Shown: positions 10,694-23,303, counted from the stretch's first letter. The stretch: DNA of 64,000 nucleotides from an uncultured Gemmatimonadales bacterium (GCA_963798085.1 CAWCRS010000007.1:832001-896000), one strand, 5' to 3'. Notes: a model not told the origin generated them from the sequence alone. Program-made: numbers and translations.

Positions 10694-11318
10694 CTTAGGG
10701 AGTGGTGGATGCGGTATTAGGTTTCAGCGATACAGTTACTGTTATTGTGTGTTAGTTAATGCAATGAGCTACGATTACGCTCGCGGAGGCAGCAATGTTC
10801 AAAGTTTAGCTCACGTACAGCATCTCGAGGGTTGCTCGTTGCAAGTTAGAGCGCGGATTCACTAAATGTCGGCGGTACGGGAGGTGGGGGAGCATCGACG
10901 ACTGGCATGGCTGAACTACGAAGTGAACAACTCGTACTGGACGGGTTAGTTGGCGAAGAAGCTCGCTAGCAAGTCGCGCGTGTTGTGGTGGGTTGATTCG
11001 CTGGGACGGTACATAGTAGGCAGGTTGGCATACGTTAGCGCAACATTGAAGCTAAAGCTCGCTGCAGTTCTCACTCTGAGGAAGGTGCTATCGGTTTGCG
11101 GCGCGCACAGGACGCTCGGGAGGATTCTCATTAAAGCGCGGGTTTTGGGAGCGACGGGTGTATCGTGCGTGGACGACGAAGACTTATCGTTTGATGAAAG
11201 AACTTGAGGCGTTGAACGGTGGGATTCTAACTGTTATCGAAGACTTCGTTGATCGTTTCGCGTAGGAGGCAGAACTGCTGCTGAACGAGTCGTTGCAGGC
11301 GAGCGGGCGCGCTGCTTC

Positions 11319-13819
11319 TCATGGCTGCGGTGCTTCGGGAGTGGCTGCAGTTGAACACTGGTTCAGAGCGCAGGTACTTCGGTGTTGTGAATCAAAGAAC
11401 TCCTCTGGTGTCGGGAAGTCTGTATACCCGAATGCAGCCTCCTCCCCCCAAAGCTGGAAGAAGTACTTTCTGTCGGGCTGCAAACCGCCAACGACATGGT
11501 CCAACTGTGCAGACCGAACACATAGGCGGGTGACAGTTGGAGGTAGCCGTACCCCAGTCTGTCGCGACTGCGTCGAGTCGGTCCAAAAGTAATCCACGTC
11601 GTATGGAAATCGCCGGCGGTCATTCCATTCAAGGTGGCGGTGGTCTGAGCTACGCTCGTCGCAGCGAGCGTCTTGACGGTCGGAACCGAGACCTTACGAA
11701 ATTGAGCGTCAGGGCAATGGTCACCGGTATTACCCCGGCGTGGCTGTGTTGATTGAGAATTCTGCGGCAAAACGGCTAATGCCGCCCAGGCTACAGATGC
11801 TAAAGTCTGGCCGTTCCAAGACACGATAACTTTCGTTGGCGTCGTCGTACTCTCCAACCTCGCGTCGACCAAGTGAGCGACTGTTGAGACTCGCATCGAT
11901 GAAGAACGAGAACGTTCCAGTCAACCTGACAGGGTCCCGGCTCCCGTGTTGCTGACAGGACGGTATCCGCAAGACTCTGGTACACATGGTGCGCCGCATC
12001 GTAGTACCAATAGTAGTCCCAATTTGTGCGGCTAGCAGCGCTACGACTGAGACCAATCCGGCCGGCAGGGGGTCGAAGGTCGCGGTCACGCTTCGTGTGG
12101 TGCTCATTGTGACAGCGCACGGCGCCGTGCCGCTGCACACACCACCGGTCCACCCACGAAGCGTGATCCTGCATCAGGAATTGGTGTGAGCGTCAGGGAT
12201 TGGCCTGGTCTATCATAAATGGCCGTGCAGGATGCGGTTACCGGGTTCGCGCATGTGCCGCCATTCGGGGCGGCGCTCAAGTCAATGTGGCCGCTGCCGC
12301 TTCCTGCAAGTGTAAGTATCAGCGTGTTCGTCGCTGCAACGGCGATAGTAAGCTTGACGTCGATTGTCGTAGGGAGAGAAATGGGCGGATGGATCGGTGC
12401 GTAACTACTGCTCCGACAGTGCCAGAAGCGAGCCCAGCGGCAACTGCGGCGAGTGTAAGTTCCGCTGGCGTTGTCGTCTGATTCAATGTTGCACGGAGCC
12501 AATTCTGACCGCTGACATCATACGCGATGGTGGTGCTCAGGCCGACGATGGGCGTCATTGGCGCTGGTTATCGGCAGAATCTGGGGCGGCGGATCGGCAC
12601 CGGGCGACGTTGAGAACTGAACTTGTGGCGAGGTGACCAAGCTGAATGGGAGCGTGACCGTCACGGTTGCAGACCCACTCACACCATCCGCCGTTGCAGT
12701 GATGGCCACAGTTCCGATGCCCAGGCCATTGACTAGTCCTGTGGTATTGACGCTAGCGACGGTCGGTATGCTTGAGGTCCAGATGATTGGACGGGTGACA
12801 ATCGTGCCCGACGCGGTTCGAATCTCGGCATCGAGCTGGACCGTTTCACCGACGCTGATCGTGGCCAGAGCCGGGGTAATGGCCACAGATGCGATCGGTT
12901 CGCTTAGCACTGTGACGGGCACCGTATCTGCACTGGGCGGTAGTGCGGCGGTGATGAACGCCCGCCCAGCGTTCAGGCCGCGTACCCTCCCGGTTGCATC
13001 CACGCTCGCTATCGACGTGGAGGAAGAGCGAAAATCCGGGCTGCGCTGAAGCACATTACTGTTCGCATCACGCGCGGTCCATTGTAGTGCGACTTCCTGG
13101 CCGGCTTGGATTGTTAGCACGCGGGGATCAATGGCGAGGGATCGGACGATGGCCGATACTCGGACGCGCAATGTAGCGCTGGTGTTCCCAACGGCCGCTC
13201 GGACATGCGCTTCTCCTTCTGTGATCGCTACGGCTACTCCGCTGACCGAAACGCGCAGGACCTGCGGATCGAGCGACGACCAGGAAGGGGACAGACCATG
13301 AATCGTATCGCGAGTGGCGAAGAGTGCAGCGCACTGCAGTCTCGAACTGTCTCCGATTGCGGTGATGGTCGGGAACGAATCGGGAATCGGAATGGCACTG
13401 ACGACCGGTGATAGCGTGACCTGCACTGACGTCGTCTGCGAGCGCTTAATCGCGAAGGTGGAGGAACCCTGGAACAGCGGCGCGGACTTGGCGAGGAGTT
13501 CTGTTTGAAGGTTGACCATAAGCGCCTCCGACCGGATGTCGACATCAATGCTGGCTTCGCGTGTGGCGCCTGAGCCGGAGAGCGTGACTGATTTGTCGAA
13601 CAGGACGCCGCCATCTGGTGTCGTCAAGTGGATGGTGGCAGCGTCGGCGCTGTCGAAAGCGGAAGCCGATCCAGGGGTGAGATTGAACTGCAGGGCGAGG
13701 GCGCCTGACGATCCGGCTGCAGGATCGACGAACAGTTTGCCGCAGCTGGCGAACATGGAAACAGCGGTCAGGGCCGCAATGCAAAGGCCGCCCAAAATAG
13801 GCCGATCCCGGTGGCTCAA
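11319..13819 (-). CDS. Large Ig-repeat surface lipoprotein (Big_2 repeats, BACON-like, InlB-B-repeat-like and FN3-like modules); several frameshifts
   Basis: Lipobox MFAS-C, three Big_2-like repeats (WSSLDPQVLRVSVSG, FRSSSTSIASVDATG, WTSSIPTVASVNTTG), then GSGSG...CSGTAPCAVTMSTTRSVTATF, then TLAATSVAQTTATLNG...GLQPDRKYFFQL. These fall in successive overlapping ORFs. Confidence 0.7.
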
Positions 13820-14953
13820 GAGGAACCTGGGAATCGCAGTGTGAAGCCGAGGTCGAAGCCGGTGAATCCAGTCTCCACACCTTCATGTACCAGAACGTTG
13901 CCGAACCGGACCCTGACGGCAGGTACCACGGTGACACCGCTTGCCAGTCGTATCTCTAATGCGTTCCCCACGTCGATCACGTATCCCTGGTCGCTGCCAT
14001 CGGCGCGACGAACGATTCTGATGTCACCATCCGGTCGGAGCACCGCGCCACGGATCGGCAAGCGGAACAATCCACCTGCGATAAAGAGCTCTTCGGAGGG
14101 GGCATCCCGCCCAACTTCAAGGAGAAATACGCCATGTGCACGGTAGAGAAAACCTCCGTAAAGCGTTCCGTTGCCTCCGCCTTTCGACGGGAATGTGTAG
14201 GAGGCGGTGACCAACTGACGGTTGCCGGAACGGTAGAGGTTGCGGCCGTTCACCTGATCGTCGCTGGACCGCTGAATCGTGGCCTGGATCGCAAGTTTGG
14301 CGGCCGGCCCGACGAGAACGTCGAGGGCGCCACGAAGGAGCAACTGATTACCGGGGCGGTAGGCAAACTGCTGACTATCGAGAATGTCGAACTCGCGACT
14401 TAGGACGTACGCGGCGCCGACGCCTGCGCCGACGCGCCCGAGAGACTGCGCGAACGTCGTAGACACGCCGAAACCGCCACCAGTGCTCCAGTTCGAGATG
14501 TTGAAGGGCGAGCAGGTCGGCCGCCACAGCTCCGGCGACTTGCGCCTGATCTTCGTTCTGTTTCTGTTTGCCGGTCGGTAGATCGGCGATAACGCCCACA
14601 TGTAAGCGTTCGGGGACAATCGTGGCCGTCAGCGCGACATCCGTGTTGGTCACACCGGAGAGTGTGGCCGTGGAGCCGTCTGACCGTATCAGCTCGCAGC
14701 GTGCGAAGTTGCCTGAGAGTTCGATCGCGAGCGCCCGGCTGAGTGAGACCCGACCGGCGAATGTGACCGTGAACAGCGCGAGCGACTTGATCCCCGTGGC
14801 TTCTGCGTGTCGGAAGTTATACGATTCGTAAGCCGCACCGCCCCCAATGATGGAAGTCAATGATTGTGCCTCGGCTGGCCGGCCCGGAAAAAGGCATACC
14901 GGAGCCGCGAATCCGAGAATGAAGCGCCGGTGCAGAAACAAACCCGCCCTCAA
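13816..14953 (-). CDS. Predicted outer-membrane beta-barrel protein; frameshift near 14510
   Basis: Signal peptide ending AEA-Q, amphipathic strands and C-terminal FDLGFTLRF. TTGA start/stop overlaps with both neighbours. Confidence 0.65.
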
Positions 14954-16298
14954 TTCGACGGCCGAGTGAATATTATCCGCAAGATAGTGCGCAACGCGAC
15001 TCCCTCCGTTCCGAGGACCTCCGACGCAGGATCGCGCTGAGTCGGGATCAATCCACCAAGCGGATCAGCAATGAGAATCGTGGATTCCGGGAACGTCGTC
15101 GGCGTTGCAGAAGTCGCGGGTGTCAGCGTGGGGGTCTTCGAAGGTGCTGCCTGCGTGGTTTCCAATCGGACCCCCTCTTCCCGGACTGCCTTTTCTACGA
15201 GCGCTTCGACCAGCGTGTGCTGCGCTTCGGCTATGGCGCCGACAGCATACGCGTGCAACTGCGGAGATTGGAACCGCGGATCGAGGGTAACAGCGTCGGT
15301 ATAGTGTTGTCCCGCAAGCTGAAAATCACCTCGGTCCTCGGCTTCCAGGCCCAGGCCGAAGGCGAGTAGCGCCCTGATGTTGTCGGTCGGATGCTGCATG
15401 ACACGCTCGCGCTCGGCAACTGTCAGCTGGATCCCGAGCAACTCGTAAAGGGAGAGCGCAGTCGTTTTCTCCATCTCGAATAGACGGTCCAGCGGTGCGC
15501 GCGCGACGAAAGACAGCGAAGCGTTCGATCCCGCGTCGACGACTGGGACTACGATGGTTTGGAGTTGCAGATTGTCCTCGTTGCCTGTGACAGAACCCTG
15601 GACGACGCGGCCCGCTCGCAACATACGGCCGGGACGCAATGCGCTACTGGGATCAACGACGCCCTTCAGGGATAGCTGGATTTCATCAAGTAGCAGTTGA
15701 ACTTGAAGGCGTTCGAGCGCGTGCAGGCGGTTCGTCTGAGAAAGATCTGTGGTCAGCAATTCAGCAAGTGCACGGCCGAGGGGGCGTAACAGCGTGTCGG
15801 ACCCCTGATACAAGAATCCGAACACGGCAATTGTCCCGGGCCCGGGTTCCAGTGCACTTAGAGCCTGCTCGTTGGCGACGGTCGCCTTGACTTCGGCCTC
15901 CAACTCCTTCCGCCGGATGAACTGCAGGCGTCGACCAATCACGACCTTCATGTCGGCGGCGTGGCCCACTTCTAGGTAGCGCGCGTATGCCGCCCGTGCA
16001 CCGCTCCAATCTGCGAGGTCCTCACGCGTCAACCCAAGCAATAGAATGGGCCGGGCGCGTTCGGCTCACCCGCAGCAAGCCGCTCCAAGGTGTTTGCGGC
16101 GTCCAGGAACCGACCTGCACTTCGATAAGCTATCGCAAGTCTCAGGGGAGCTTTGTCGCTCGATCCCGAGCTCTGTACCTCGGATTCCAGGCGGCCGATG
16201 TCGACCGACGTGGCGGACGTACGATCCATTGCTCTTGGAGCGCAGCCAATGAGTAGGAGGAGACCGAAGCAGCGACGCTTCCAAATTTGGCGGTTCAT
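14950..16298 (-). CDS. TPR lipoprotein with a CsgG/FlgO/TolB-N-like domain; frameshift near 16040
   Basis: Lipobox LLIG-C, TPR-like helices, IAVFGF...LAELLTTDLSQTNRLHALERLQVQLLLDEIQL...GRMLRAGRVVQGS (CsgG-like), and a further TPR (GLEAEDRGDF...AVTLDPRF). Confidence 0.7.
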
Positions 16299-16754
16299 CA
16301 CTGGCAACCAATGCGCAAAGACGATCCGAATCGCTCTGCGTCAGGAGGTTCGCTTTGAAGTCGCCCGCCGGTGTGAAGCGGCCCACAATGCAAGAGGCAT
16401 CCAGTCGGCGTGTTCGCCTGAGCGCGGGCGGCTGGCCGCCTGCTTCGCGTCGAGAGCTGGCTTTGACAACGGGTCCTAAAGCTTTGAACCCGTGTCTCAA
16501 ACCAGATCTGACCAAATGGCTTCAAAGACCACCTCGTGCCCATTCTGAGGACAAGGCACAGCCGTTGCTGACCTGCCTCGCGTGATGAACTACGTCGCAC
16601 GCTTGCCGCTGCATTGAGCCTTGCCGCCCCAGTCTCAAGGTCCTACCTTTGGAATTCCGAGCGCGAGGACCATGAGTGGACAGGCAGGCGGCGATCGGCA
16701 GCACGGTCTCTCATCCTGACACCAAGCTAGGATGTCACGTGAGATCCTCGTGAG

Positions 16755-19700
16755 ATGGCTACCAATAGTCTTCCGCAGCACACTTCCAACGTCGGTCTGA
16801 CGTTGGCGACGCTCGGTCGCGTGGCAGTGCAACTGTCACGCGACGCTGGCGATCCCGAGCTGATTCCGCTCGCCGGGAAGCAGCTCGGAATTATCGTCTA
16901 CCTCGCCTGCGCTCCGGGCCGCTCAGCTCACCGCGACCACCTCATTAATCAGCTCTGGGGAAACCTGCCGATGGAAAGAGGGCGGGAGCGGCTGCGCAGC
17001 ATGCTCACCGAGATCCGCGCGAAGATCGGCGAGGACTGCTTCGGGCCCCCCAAGAGCGACCCGCTCGTTCTCACGACACCGCTTCATTGTGACCGGGATG
17101 AACTCCTCGAAGCGTGGAAGGCAGGCGACTACAAGGCGGTTGTCGAGCTCTATGCGGGAGAGTTCCTCCCGCGACTCGATGGACTGAGCGCTGCGGGCTT
17201 TGCGCAATGGGTGGACGGTGAGCGCGAACACCTCCGCAGGATCTTCCTGCACGCCGGGCTGGAGCTCGTGCAGAGGGCGCTGCTGGCTTCGCGCCCGCGC
17301 GAGGCCTTGCAGATGGCCCGCCACGTGCGCGACCACGACGAGCTGGGCGAAGCCAGCTGGCGCGCGTTGCTGCAGGCTGTGATCGCCACTGGCGATCCGA
17401 TCGTCGCAGCAACGGAGGGCGAGAGGCTCCGCAGCCTGATCGAAGCCGGCGAGTTCGAACCGGAGCAGGCGACGCTGGATCTGCTGGATCGGGCCAGGAA
17501 CGTTCCCAATGTACCGAACGCGGAGCGCACCACCCGGCGCGAAACGGCTTTGGTCGCAGACCTCGTGGGACGTGAGACCGAGATCTCGAAGATACTGCGC
17601 CATTGGGACCATGCGCGCAGCACAAGTATGCGCTGTGTTCATGTCGTAGCGCCTGCCGGCCTCGGTAAGACCCGCCTCCTGAATGATCTGCGCGCCCGCC
17701 TCCACGCCGTCCACGCAGACAACGAGCGTGTGCGGACGGTCTACGCACGCGCACATCATGGTGCACGCGAATTCCCGTATGCTCTCGTCGGCGATCTGGC
17801 GAGAGGCCTGGTCGAACGCCGCGCGCGCATTTCCGAAAAACTGCGTACGCCCGAGATCCCGGAATGGGCCAGCCGCGCACTCGTTGCGCTGAATCCCACA
17901 CTGTCCGAGTTCTATCCGACAAGAACCGCGGAGCTTCCGACCGGCGACGACTTCCGCCGACACGTCGTACCGGCGCTCCACGAGCTCATCAAGGCGGTGG
18001 TCGTCGAGGGTTCGCTCGCCATTCTCCTGGACGACCTGCACTGGAGCCACGTCGAATCACGACGCCTCCTCGCCGCAGTTTTCGCCAGAACGGACAGGCT
18101 GCGTGTGCTGGTTGTGTCTGCCAGTCGCACGGGAGGTGACTGTCTATGCGCTGCGGACATCTCGGAAACACTGACGCTGGGATCCTTGACCGTCGACTCC
18201 GTCGCCGAGCTGCTTGCCAGTCTCGCGTCGCTGCCGGATCCCCCCTGGGACCGCCAGCTGCCCCACGCCCTTCATGAGTCGACCGCCGGCTCGCCGCTCC
18301 TGGTGCTCGAGACGCTGCACCTCCTCATGGAGCAGGAGCTGCTGGTTCATTCACGTGCGGGCTGGACCGTGGTTGACGCCCGATCGTTGTCCGAAGGCCT
18401 CACGAGCGGGAGTGCGCTGCGACGCCGCGTGCACAGCCTGGGTGTCGGGGAACGTCGCGTGCTGCTTGTGCTGGCGGTGTGCGGTGTGGCCCTCCCGGAA
18501 TCCACGGTCGCAAGTGCGACTGGTCGCACCGCCGCGGAACTGCGGCCCGTCCTTTCTTCGCTCGAAGAGCGTGGCCTGGTGATTCAACGCAACGACGAGT
18601 GGACGCCGGGTCACGATGAGCATGCAGCAGCCGTGCTCGACCATGAGTCGGTTCCGGCACAACGGCGCGCCGCAGCCGATGCCGGGCGTGCCATCGCGGA
18701 AACAGCTGGAGAAAGTGTGGCTCGCCTGCGCCTCGCAGCGCCGCTGCTGGCGCAGGGCGGGGCTCAGGAGTTCCCGGTGCTCGCTCGCGCATTCGAGCAG
18801 ATTGTGCGCGCACAGCGACTGGCACGGGACCGCCGCTCTGATACCGCGTTAGCCCGCGAAGTTCTCGGCAGTCAGTCGAATGAAACCCTCGCCACTGCGC
18901 TCGCTGGCTCGCTGCCATGGTGGGTGCGGGCCCGCTTGGTTTCTGCCGGCCGCGTAGCGGTGGTGATCGGCGTCCTACTGTTCATTGCGACGACCCTAGC
19001 GGCGTGGCTGCTGCGGCCACTCCCCCGGCCTCCGACCGCCGTGCTTGCCGCGTACTGGCCCAGCGACGACGGCAAGACGGACAACGTCGTCGAAATCCCT
19101 GTCCAGGAATCGGAGTGGAGGCTGGCGCCGATCGAGGTTGACGTCAAACGCACGCGTCGGCGTCAAGTCGCCGCCGCCGCTCTTGGCGTCTGGGGATTAC
19201 GGCCTGACGGACAGGGCTGGATCGGTGAAAGGCCCGTTCCGCCACCGGACAGCGGCGAACTCTCGATCTTCGACCTGCCATTCAACGGAGAAGCACGACG
19301 GTTGACATTCGGACCCGGGGATGACTCCGGGCCATCCTTTTCGCCCGACGGCAGCCAGTTCGCATTCGCAACAAGCCAATGGAAAAGGAGCGAGCGTTAC
19401 GACCTGGCCGTTGAGGAGGTGCTCACGGGACGCGTGCGCCAGTTGACGAGAGACGAAGACGGTGAAGCAGGACCCAGATGGAGTCCGGACGGGTCACGCA
19501 TTGCTTTCATGAAGCGCTTCTGGCACGGGCAACGCGCCGTTTGCGTCACGGACACGGACGGCACCGGAACGCGTTGTCTGGAACCCGGCCAGGGACCCGC
19601 TGCTAGCATCTATGGCTGGATAGACGAACAACACCTGCTGATACAGATCGAACCTCACGGACAACGTCATCTGAGCATCCTCGACCTGACCACAGGCACC

Positions 19701-20887
19701 GACAGCGTTCTTTCACAGCCAGGCGGTAATCTGAGTCTCTCTCCGGATGGTCGGTGGGTGCTATGTCAATGCGGCGAAACAGTCGATCCTGCCGAGTCGT
19801 GGATCCTGTATCGACTCGACCGGCCGAACGACTCCCGCCGCCTGCGAGTGGTTGGAAGCAGGAAGCCGGAGCTGGTGAGTTTCACGTGGTCTCCCCGGTC
19901 GCCTCGCAGACACTATCTCGCGCAAATGAACCTCTTGTCAGCCCCGGGAGAGCCGATCGTCGGCATTCCGTACCAACTTCGTGTTGCGACTCTCGATCAG
20001 TCGGGATCCGCGATCGACCCCGGCGTGATCCGTTGGCGGTCGGTGGACACGACCATCGCGACAATCGACGCGTCTGGAATGCTCACGGCGCGTCGGGCGG
20101 GTCGCGCGCAGATCGAGGCGTCTGCAGGGGGTTGGCGGACCCGCACCACTACCCTGCCGTGCACGAGTCTGAGGACAAGACACTTTTCGAGGAGGACTGG
20201 ACGCACGGACTCTCGAGCTGGGTCAGTTTCGGGGATCCAACGCCCGACATCGTCCGGGATGGCACCTTCGGCTCTGCCTTCCACAACAATGGCGACAGCA
20301 ACTACTTCAGCGGCGCGTACACGGCGCAGTCGTTCGCCACGAACCAGGGACTATGGGTGGAGGCCGAAATCTCGCAGCCCCTCACGTCTGCGGCCTTCCA
20401 GGATCAGAAGCTGGTCCTGGCCGGCAATTCGGATTCGCTCAGCCGTGCTTCGTGGGATCACGTTTCGGGCGACCTGCGCCAGCTAACGCCGAGTTGCTAC
20501 CTGCAGTATCCCAGGGGAGAAGGCCTGCGCTTCGCCGAAACCATTCAGGCGAACGGAACGTTGTTGCCGGCGCCGGCCAGACTGGGTAGCGGGCAGCCGT
20601 ACCACGCCCTGGTCCAGATCTTCCCCGACGGCCGCTGCGGGTTCGCGATCGATGGCAGGCCGCTCTGGATAAGCGAGCCTGTGTTCACCGAGTCGGCCGC
20701 TCTGGTCTGGCTGCAGGGCAGGAGCGTGGGCGCGCGCGTCCTCGTCGGTCATCTTGCAGTCCACTCCGGAATCGCGACGCACGTCGCATGGTTCGACACC
20801 CCGTCGATTTCCGGCTGTCGAACATCAAGCGGCGCTTCCCGGACACCCTGCCACGATCCTCCACAACGCAAGAAGGCGCCGGACTGA
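16755..20887 (+). CDS. Membrane-spanning SARP-like regulator: wHTH/BTAD + AAA_16 STAND ATPase + TM + PD40/TolB beta-propeller + Big_2 + C-terminal beta-sandwich; frameshift near 20150
   Basis: RDHLINQLW and LYAGEFL...FAQWVDGERE (BTAD). LVGRETE, Walker A APAGLGKT, Walker B ILLDDLHW and GSPLLVLE. TM segment VAVVIGVLLFIATTLAAWLL. PSFSPDG, PRWSPDG and LSPDG repeats. WRSVDTTIATIDASG (Big_2). The C-terminus continues in ORF ..20887. Confidence 0.85.
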
Positions 20888-20969
20888 ATCGGTTGCTGCA
20901 GCCGGCGTGCACCGGCTGCCTGCACCGTGCACTCGATCGGATACTCAGTGTGATCCCGAGCGCCCGCTA

Positions 20970-21103
20970 ACCAGAAGCGGCGCCCCAGCGGCGCCACGCC
21001 GATCCTTCAGCCCCAGAGCCCGAGCCCCAGAAACGAATTGGCCGTTTCCGTAAGAAGGCCGTTCCCAGCAACCAGCCCGAGCCCCAGCCCCAGAACCGCT
21101 GCC
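20970..21103 (+). repeat. CCC(C/G)AG hexamer-based intergenic repeat
   Basis: Runs such as cagccccagagcccgagccccag and ccgttcccagcaaccagcccgagccccagccccag; blocks are shared with 38211-38575. Confidence 0.7.
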
Positions 21104-21234
21104 GCAGGCAGTACAGATCTTGCGTCTCCCGATCCCACCCCACGTTCCCGCCGCGACGCTGCGCGGGAGGCGCCTGCTGGTGCCCCCGGCCCGGCGCCGC
21201 ACCCGTCACCGATTCAACCTCGCAGGGGATCCCG

Positions 21235-21936
21235 ATGAAGGCACGAATCGCTGCCGCGGCGCTGGTCGCGGTCCTGGTCGGCGTGCAGCCGCTGGTTGCG
21301 CAGCGCCGCCAGGATCCGCCGCCCCAGAAGCTGCCCGGCCAGGCACAGGTGGCGAGGGCGCAAGCCGCACGCGCGGACAGCCTGAAACGCGACAGCGTGA
21401 AAGCGCTCACGCCCGCGAAGAACGCGCGGCAACAGGCGAGCGGAACCGGCAGCGGCATGGCGCTGTCCGGCGGCGCGGGCATCGGCTGGACCCGACCCGC
21501 CTGCGACTTCTGCCGTCGCCACCTGGACGCCGGGCCCGCACTCTATCTGCAGATGACCAGCCAGGTGAATCCGCGGCTGGCACTGGGCGCCGAGGCAGAC
21601 CTCTGGGCGCGCGATAACGAGGTGTTTGTGCTGAACGGCGCGCTCAGCTTCGTGGCACAGCTGCGCAAGCATCCCGAAAGCCCCTTCTTCCTCAAGGGCG
21701 GCATCGGCTACATGACCTATCGCGCCTACGATGACAGCGGTGACCTGGTCTCCAACATGCCCGCCATTCAGATGGGCGCGGGCTATCGTTTCATGCTGTC
21801 CAGCGGCTTCGCCATCAACAACTACGCAACCCTGTTCGCTGCACGCTTCGGCAAGCTGCGTGAGGATGGCGACGTGGTGGTCGACAATTTCGGCGTCATG
21901 TCGCTGCAGCTGGGTCTCGGCGTCACCCGCTTCTGA
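21235..21936 (+). CDS. Secreted outer-membrane beta-barrel-like hypothetical protein
   Basis: Signal peptide, CxxC in an early loop, amphipathic strands and terminal LGLGVTRF. Confidence 0.65.
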   Translation: MKARIAAAALVAVLVGVQPLVAQRRQDPPPQKLPGQAQVARAQAARADSLKRDSVKALTPAKNARQQASGTGSGMALSGGAGIGWTRPACDFCRRHLDAGPALYLQMTSQVNPRLALGAEADLWARDNEVFVLNGALSFVAQLRKHPESPFFLKGGIGYMTYRAYDDSGDLVSNMPAIQMGAGYRFMLSSGFAINNYATLFAARFGKLREDGDVVVDNFGVMSLQLGLGVTRF

Positions 21937-22009
21937 CGCCGGCACGGTGGGGAAGGACCCCGCAAAAAGTAGGGCATCCGACTACAGAATTCGCGCGGGA
22001 GGAGAAATC

Positions 22010-23303
22010 ATGAACGCGAAGTGCGTAATTCCCACGGTGCGCAGCGTCCGCCGGAGGGCTGTCGACGCGATCCTGACAGGCGGCGCCATTGTCGCCTGCA
22101 TCACGGCGTGCCAGAACGATCCCCTGTACTCGAATCCGGGCGATGCGAAAGGCTTCAGCGCAGCCTATGGCATCCGGACGCCCGGCCCCAACGACACCTG
22201 CATCCCGGAGATCCACCACAAGTATTCGGTGGTGGGTCCCGACGGCCTGCTCTATCCGACGTGGCACCCACCCATCGATCCGGCGACGGGCTGCCAGTTC
22301 GGCCACGAGCACGGCCGCGATCCGCGCGGCTCCGACCTCTACCAGCAGGTCGGGCCGATTCCCTTCGGTTACGCCAACCAGAAGCTGGATGAGTACGACC
22401 CGCTACACCTCGCGCCACGAAGATCATTTCGGCCACAAGGTCGAGTGGGAGAACGATGTGAAGCTGCAGTTCGACGGCGCGGCCGGCGCGCGTGCTCGAG
22501 GTAACCTGCGATGTGCTGGCCAAGCTGCACCAGGGCACGCACTCGAAGGATGCCTTCACCAACAACCTGCACGAGCTGGTCTATCACATCCGCTGCACCG
22601 ACGGCACCGAGATGCACGTGACCCTGATGACGGCGATCGGTACTGCCGGCGAGTTCGTCTCCACGTGCGACGGCGCCACATCGTCGTGGGCACCCGCGAG
22701 CCCCGCGAACTCGCCCGAAGGCGGCGGCCAGCGCGTCATTCCGGACCGCAGCCTGCGTCGAAGCCAGCATCCTGCGCGTGGCCGCCGGGAAGCAACTCCG
22801 ACTTCAGCGGCGGCGCTGCACGAGAGCTGGGAGACGTCGAACAGGCGATTCGGACGGAAGGCGGCAAACCGTGGCCAGCTTCAATCCGTACTTCCAGGTG
22901 GATTTTCCCAGCCGCTTCTACGATCCGACGGTGCCCGACATCGTGGGCCGGCCCATCGATCTCTGCTACGAGACGCGGCCAACGGCGACAAGGCAAGAGG
23001 CGGCATGTGCCGCGAGTCCACCGGCAACGGCACGCATGCCGGGCGTCACCTACGATGACCCGCGCTCCGGATTCAACGGCGTGCGACCGCTTCGTCGACA
23101 TCAATTCCAACCACATCAACAACGACGATGGTCCCCAGGTCTGGTACACCGATCCGTTCGGCAAACACGCGCGTACCACACCCTTCATCGGCTCCATCAA
23201 GCAGATCATTGCGGTGATCGACAATGGCGGCCGCGTCGGCGGCGGACCCGTGCTGGGTCGCGACCGCAACTACGGCGGGCCGGGCGTGCACGCGCCCAAC
23301 TGA
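22010..23303 (+). CDS. His-rich hypothetical lipoprotein; several frameshifts
   Basis: GGAGGAG RBS and lipobox ITA-C. YPTWHPP, FGHEHGRDP, RHEDHFGHK, KLHQGTHS and NNLHELVYH lie across overlapping ORFs, ending GVHAPN at 23303. Confidence 0.7.

Noticed and set aside
8740..17085. The repeat pair as a diversity-generating retroelement template/variable region
   Set aside because: The differences are deletions, not adenine-specific substitutions, the repeat is at a gene 5' end, and there is no reverse transcriptase in the window.
16755..20887. Avs-type antiphage STAND defence protein
   Set aside because: The N-terminus is a wHTH/BTAD transcriptional module rather than a nuclease or other toxic effector, and the sensor appears extracytoplasmic. 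Not strictly excluded.
20970..21103. CRISPR array
   Set aside because: Degenerate hexamers without a constant repeat-spacer period, and no cas genes.
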